A stretch of DNA of 64,000 nt, taken from assembly GCA_965215565.1 (NCBI GenBank), contig CBDCDZ010000004.1, positions 2,848,001 to 2,912,000 of the forward strand, read 5' to 3'. This document shows positions 59,467 through 64,000 of this stretch, piece by piece. Source of the stretch: Trueperaceae bacterium (GTDB lineage: Bacteria > Deinococcota > Deinococci > Deinococcales > Trueperaceae). How positions within the stretch are numbered: the first letter of the stretch is position 1; each line of letters begins with the position of its first letter. The notes below the pieces were generated by a model. It did no database searches, was not told where the DNA came from, and saw only the letters and a list, made by a program, of their open reading frames with translations. The position numbers and the translations under genes are program-made.

Positions 59467-60111
59467 CTACAAACCGGGAATGAGGCTGACGAGACGCAAG
59501 ATGCCCGCCTGAAAAAGACGCTCGAGCCCCCCCAAAATCCCCGTGAGGCTGAGGAGCAAAAAGACCGCGATAAAGCCGATAAAGCCGTACGAAGCGATCT
59601 GTTGAATCGTGCGCCGCACGTCCGCGTTGCCCCAAGCGAGGGCGGCTCTCGCGCCGTCTAAGGGGTAGACCGGGAAGAGGTTGATGACCGCGTGGATAAT
59701 AGCGGTGGAGGAGGCTAAGATAAATGAACGCGCCAACACCGGACTGTTAAACCCGTTGACGATGACCGCTAAGAGCGTGGCGACGAACGCGACGATAAGA
59801 TACGCCACCGGACCGCTGTACCAGACGATCGCCTCTTGCTGACCGCGCCCCTTATAGTTGCGGCTATTCGTCGGAATGGGTTTGGGCCAGCCGAAGCCCA
59901 ACAAAAAGAGGAAGAGCACGCCCATAGGCTCTAAATGTTGCTGCAAGTCGAAGCTCAAGAAACCTGAAAAGCGGGGGCTCGAGTCGCCGTAACGCGACGC
60001 CATCCACGCCTGAAAGTAGTTGTGAAATACGAAAGCGAAGATCATCACAATCGCCACGATGATGAGGTCGTTGGCGCTATAGGTTCCGTAGAGTAGATAG
60101 TCGAGAATCAT
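59467..60111 (-). CDS. Site-2 protease paralog lacking HExxH
   Basis: HNYFQ in place of HExxH; NLFPVYPLDG kept. Confidence 0.8.
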   Translation of the reverse strand: MILDYLLYGTYSANDLIIVAIVMIFAFVFHNYFQAWMASRYGDSSPRFSGFLSFDLQQHLEPMGVLFLFLLGFGWPKPIPTNSRNYKGRGQQEAIVWYSGPVAYLIVAFVATLLAVIVNGFNSPVLARSFILASSTAIIHAVINLFPVYPLDGARAALAWGNADVRRTIQQIASYGFIGFIAVFLLLSLTGILGGLERLFQAGILRLVSLIPGL

Positions 60112-61373
60112 GCGGTCTCCTGGTTGGTATCTGCGTCGGCGTTCGCGTCACCCTTTAGAGCGCTGAGGCGCTGTTCGACAAGGGTTTGAGCGAAGTCTCG
60201 TTCTGCTTGCAAAGAATCGAGGCGTCCGTCGGTTCGCGCTCTGGCCACCTCTAGGAGCACTTTACCAACCGCCGGACCCTCGGGTAAGCCCAACTCTAAC
60301 ACGTCCTTGCCGCTCAGCTTGGGGCGTTCGGCGAGGATTTCTAAGCGCTCCAAGCTCTCTCTTAACTCAGGACGACGCGCCCGCAGAGCGGCGTTCACCG
60401 AGGGGTCTAAAGCGCGTTCATCCAACGTGTCCTGTTCTGCTAAGAGCAAGCGGCGCTTCGCTAAACGCCGCTTGGACCAGCCGAAGGTGTCGGCGTGCGC
60501 CCCGAGCTTATCTTCGCGCACGCTTGTTAAGAGGAGGAGAAGATAGCTTTCATCCGGTACGCCCTCTACGCGCCGCCGCTCATCCAGACGCTCCAACTGC
60601 TCTAAGTGCACTGCGTGGAGCTGAAATCCGAACATCTGGGCAAGAACGCCGTAACGCGCCATTACCCCTAACGCTGGCGCAACCTGCGGCTCGGCGAGCG
60701 TGAGCAAGAGTTCGTTTTTGAGGCGCGACGGACTTACCGTACGCGCTGCACCTGCCGCTAATGTGGAGGTCAGTTCTTCAGCCGTGCCAGGGTGAAAGGT
60801 GAAGCCTAAACGCCCCGCGAGCCGTGCCCCACGTAGAATGCGCGTAGGGTCATCGGTGAACGAGTTCGGGTGGAGGGTGCGGAGCTGTTTACGTTTCAGG
60901 TCTTCTAAACCGCCAAAGAGGTCGATCAGCGCAGGCGGAGAGACGCGCACGGCGAGCGCGTTGAGCGTGAAGTCGCGGCGCAAGAGGTCCTTTTCCAACG
61001 TGCTCCGCCTGACCTCGGGCAGCGAGCCGGGAAAGGGATAGCTTTCTTCCCTCGCCGCCGCGATGTCAATCTCTAGGGCGGGAAGGCTCAGCGTGCAGGT
61101 CATAAAGGCGTCGTGACAGGTGAGAGAGCCGCCGAAGACCGCTTGGAGTTTCTTGCCCAAAGCCTGCGCGCTCCCTTCGGTAACGAGGTCTAGGTCTCGA
61201 GCCGCCGGTATCTCTTCAGAGGTACGAAGAGAGAGGAACGCGTCGCGCACGTTACCGCCTACGAGGTAAAGAGGGTTCTCCAAAGACGCGGTGCGCTGCA
61301 GGACGTTCGCTGCATTAGAGGACAAGTGCTCGAGAATAGCTCGAGCCTCGAGGCTGTTTACGCGCGCACTCAT
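60108..61373 (-). CDS. Class II tRNA nucleotidyltransferase (CCA- or A-adding)
   Basis: VGGNVRD, DLDL, DLLRRDFTLNA, DDPTRILR. Confidence 0.88.
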   Translation of the reverse strand: MSARVNSLEARAILEHLSSNAANVLQRTASLENPLYLVGGNVRDAFLSLRTSEEIPAARDLDLVTEGSAQALGKKLQAVFGGSLTCHDAFMTCTLSLPALEIDIAAAREESYPFPGSLPEVRRSTLEKDLLRRDFTLNALAVRVSPPALIDLFGGLEDLKRKQLRTLHPNSFTDDPTRILRGARLAGRLGFTFHPGTAEELTSTLAAGAARTVSPSRLKNELLLTLAEPQVAPALGVMARYGVLAQMFGFQLHAVHLEQLERLDERRRVEGVPDESYLLLLLTSVREDKLGAHADTFGWSKRRLAKRRLLLAEQDTLDERALDPSVNAALRARRPELRESLERLEILAERPKLSGKDVLELGLPEGPAVGKVLLEVARARTDGRLDSLQAERDFAQTLVEQRLSALKGDANADADTNQETA

Positions 61374-61484
61374 ACGCTCAGTTTACCCAGCGGGTCCAAG
61401 TGGATAAAGTCATGTGGTGTAAAGTTTCTCACTTTACGTCCGTCAAGCCTATGAAATGGTGAATAGGTCTTTGAAAAGGGGGAC

Positions 61485-62240
61485 ATGGTGAAAATAACGT
61501 TCGGACTTCTACTCGCGCTGCTGCTCGTTTCAGCTTCCGCCCAGAAAACCGAGTGGAGCTACGGAGGCGAAACCGGGCCGCAAAACTGGGGCGAACTTGA
61601 CGGGGCGTACGAGCTTTGCGCCGTTGGTGAAGCGCAGTCGCCCATCGACATCAACGCGGACGCCGTTACCGAAGAGAACCTTGCTGACATTCAGATCAAC
61701 TATGACAACTCGCTCTTAGATATCGTCAACAACGGTCACACCCTGCAAGTCGACTACGAAACGGGTAGCTTCATCAGACTGAGCGACACGCGCTATGACC
61801 TCTTACAGTTTCACTTCCACACGCCGAGCGAGCACGCCCTTGGCGGCGACTTGACCGAGGCGGAGATTCACCTCGTTCACAGCAACCCCGACGCCGAGGG
61901 GGACTTGGCGGTTATTGGCGTGCTCGTGCAAGAGGGCGCGGAGAATGAAGCGCTACGTGAGGTTTTAGCGAACGCGCCGGAGGAAGAGGGGGAGGAGACC
62001 GCGCTCGAACTCGTCGAAGCCGAAGCCTTGCTACCCGAAAGCCGCTTCGCCTACCGCTACAGCGGCTCACTCACCACGCCGCCCTGCAGCCAAGGTGTCG
62101 CCTGGAACGTGATGGTCGAGCCCGTCACTATGTCAGCGGAGCAGATCGAAACGCTTTCTAACCTTATCGGCGAGAGCAACCGCCCCGTACAACCTCTTAA
62201 CGGGCGCACCGTGAGAGAAGACACGCAGAGCGGAGATTGA
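61485..62240 (+). CDS. Secreted alpha-carbonic anhydrase
   Basis: QSPIDI, QFHFH.PSEH, EIHLVH, GSLTTPPC. Confidence 0.93.
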   Translation: MVKITFGLLLALLLVSASAQKTEWSYGGETGPQNWGELDGAYELCAVGEAQSPIDINADAVTEENLADIQINYDNSLLDIVNNGHTLQVDYETGSFIRLSDTRYDLLQFHFHTPSEHALGGDLTEAEIHLVHSNPDAEGDLAVIGVLVQEGAENEALREVLANAPEEEGEETALELVEAEALLPESRFAYRYSGSLTTPPCSQGVAWNVMVEPVTMSAEQIETLSNLIGESNRPVQPLNGRTVREDTQSGD

Positions 62241-62342
62241 CGGAGTGCCTTTTTTGTGTCGCGGAGATTAAGCCGCTTTTCCCGTGCGTTCTACGGCACA
62301 TAACAACGTGGCACACCGCTAGAACTGACGTAGACTAGTTCC

Positions 62343-62801
62343 GTGTTTCACGTCGCCCTCTTCGAACCCGAAATCGCGGGCAACGCTGGCAACGTCGCCC
62401 GCTCCTGCCTTGCCACAAACGCCAAACTCCACCTCATTCGTCCGCTCGGATTTCGCATCAGCGATGAGGCGATTCGCCGCGCTGGGATGGACTATTGGGA
62501 TGAGGTAGACGTCACGCTGCACGCCTCATTCGCTGCCTTTCAAGAGGTCTTGGCAACCTCTTTCGAAACAGACCGTATCTTCTCCTTCACCACCAAAGCA
62601 AAGCGGTCCTATACAGACGTTACGTATAGTTCAGGTGACGTGCTCCTCTTCGGTCCAGAGTCGAGAGGTCTGCCCGAAGTGGTGAGGGAGCAAACGGCGC
62701 AAGTTCGTATTCCAATGCGCCAGGAGGCGCGCTCGCTCAATCTCAGCGTGAGCGTCGGTGTGGCGCTTTATGAGGCGTGGCGGCAGGTTGAGTTCAAGTG
62801 A
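62343..62801 (+). CDS. trmL: tRNA (cytidine34-2'-O)-methyltransferase
   Basis: PEIAGNAGN, RRAGMDYW, FGPESRGL, RSLNLS. Confidence 0.92.
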   Translation: MFHVALFEPEIAGNAGNVARSCLATNAKLHLIRPLGFRISDEAIRRAGMDYWDEVDVTLHASFAAFQEVLATSFETDRIFSFTTKAKRSYTDVTYSSGDVLLFGPESRGLPEVVREQTAQVRIPMRQEARSLNLSVSVGVALYEAWRQVEFK

Positions 62802-62877
62802 CGATCCCTCGAGCTTACGCGCCGTAGCGAACCTGCGGAAGATATCGTCACAGTGAGTAGGGCGGCGCAACGTTCAG

Positions 62878-63945
62878 TTACGGCTGTACAAACCTCGTAT
62901 CACCGTCCAACCCCTCGATGAACTTAGCCAAAAGCTTAATCACATTCTCCAAGTCTTCCGGGTCGATCATCTCGTTGGGCGAGTGCATATAGCGATTAGG
63001 GATGGAGACGACGGCGGTGGGCACGCCGCCCCGGTTTTTAGCGAGGTCGTCGGCGTCGGTGCCGGTGCCGCGCGGCGAGATGCCGATGGTGTACGCGATG
63101 CTTTCGCGCTCGGCGGTCGCTCTCAGCATCTCCAGCACGCCCCTATGCACATACGAGCCCACAGTGAGTTCGGGTCCTGAACCGAACGAGGTCTCACCCT
63201 CTTGTTTCTTGTTGACGTTTGGGACGTCGGTGGCGTGAGTGACATCTATAGCGATGGCGACGTCGGGTTGCACAGCGTTCGAGGCGACGTACGCGCCGAT
63301 GCCGCCGATTTCCTCCTGGACAGTGGCGACGGCGACGACTTCCGCGCCCGACTCGCCCTTGGACTCCGCAGCGCGGCGGGCCGCCTCGAGCACAATAAAC
63401 GCCCCAATTCTATTGTCGATCGCTTTCGAGACGATGCGCCCGTTGAGGAGTTCCAACATAGGCTGCTCGATGACCGCGAAGTCGCCCGCTCTTACAAACC
63501 CTTTCGCCTCGTCGCCATCTTTCGCGCCGATGTCTATCCACATATCCTCGAGCTTTGAGACCTTGCGCCTGTCGTCCGCGCTCATGAGGTGAATCGGTTT
63601 CTTGCCGATCACGCCCAAAAGCTCACCCTTGTAGCCCACCACGCGCACGCGCTGACCCACGAGCTGCTGCGAGTCCCAACCGCCCACACCCTTGAAGTAG
63701 AGCCGTCCCTCGTCGTCGATGTAGGTTACTAAAAGCCCGATTTCATCCACGTGACCGGCTAAGAGAACCTTAGGTGAGCCGCCCTTGCCGAACGTCGCAA
63801 AGGTGTTGCCGTACGAGTCGGTGTGAACCTCTGCGCCGCGCCCCTTCGCCGCTTCACGCCACACGGCGGCGGGTCTGGATTCGAAGGAGCTGGTGCCGGG
63901 GGCGGCGAGAAGGGCTTTGAGAAAATCTTTGTCTGCATTTTCCAT
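62878..63945 (-). CDS. M42 family aminopeptidase
   Basis: AGHVDEIG, KAIDNR, VQEEIG, GTDAD, RYMHS. Confidence 0.92.
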   Translation of the reverse strand: MENADKDFLKALLAAPGTSSFESRPAAVWREAAKGRGAEVHTDSYGNTFATFGKGGSPKVLLAGHVDEIGLLVTYIDDEGRLYFKGVGGWDSQQLVGQRVRVVGYKGELLGVIGKKPIHLMSADDRRKVSKLEDMWIDIGAKDGDEAKGFVRAGDFAVIEQPMLELLNGRIVSKAIDNRIGAFIVLEAARRAAESKGESGAEVVAVATVQEEIGGIGAYVASNAVQPDVAIAIDVTHATDVPNVNKKQEGETSFGSGPELTVGSYVHRGVLEMLRATAERESIAYTIGISPRGTGTDADDLAKNRGGVPTAVVSIPNRYMHSPNEMIDPEDLENVIKLLAKFIEGLDGDTRFVQP

Positions 63946-64000
63946 CCGAGAAATGTACCACGCAGATGGCGTGCGGGGCGCTGTTTCCGAACCCTTCACA

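Overview
Chromosomal window of a high-GC Deinococcota bacterium, probably Trueperaceae-like. The assignment rests on a two-OB-fold SSB, a DnaJ without a Zn finger, and HAIR-like sites at dnaK. Most of the window is housekeeping: dnaK-grpE-dnaJ, alaS-ruvX-mltG, rpsF-ssb-rpsR-rplI, era, tRNA-fMet, siroheme/sulfate reduction genes and trmL. The most striking unexplained structure is non-coding. About 12 copies of a 111-bp MITE-like scaffold (TAGCAG...CTGCTA ends, internal 12-bp inverted repeat) are dispersed in intergenic DNA. They carry precise 21-24-nt hairpin-containing micro-insertions of at least two families, which also insert into each other up to three deep. Other highlights are a candidate defence island (GHKL/MORC ATPase-histidine kinase fusion, receiver protein, His-rich unknown protein, adenine methyltransferase), three secreted MTGG-repeat proteins next to an O-antigen-ligase/O-OTase-like gene, a 6S-like RNA rod upstream of dnaK, a FosA-like gene, a frameshifted sulfatase, and a strong excess of CTCGAG. 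All calls were made by eye; no searches were run.
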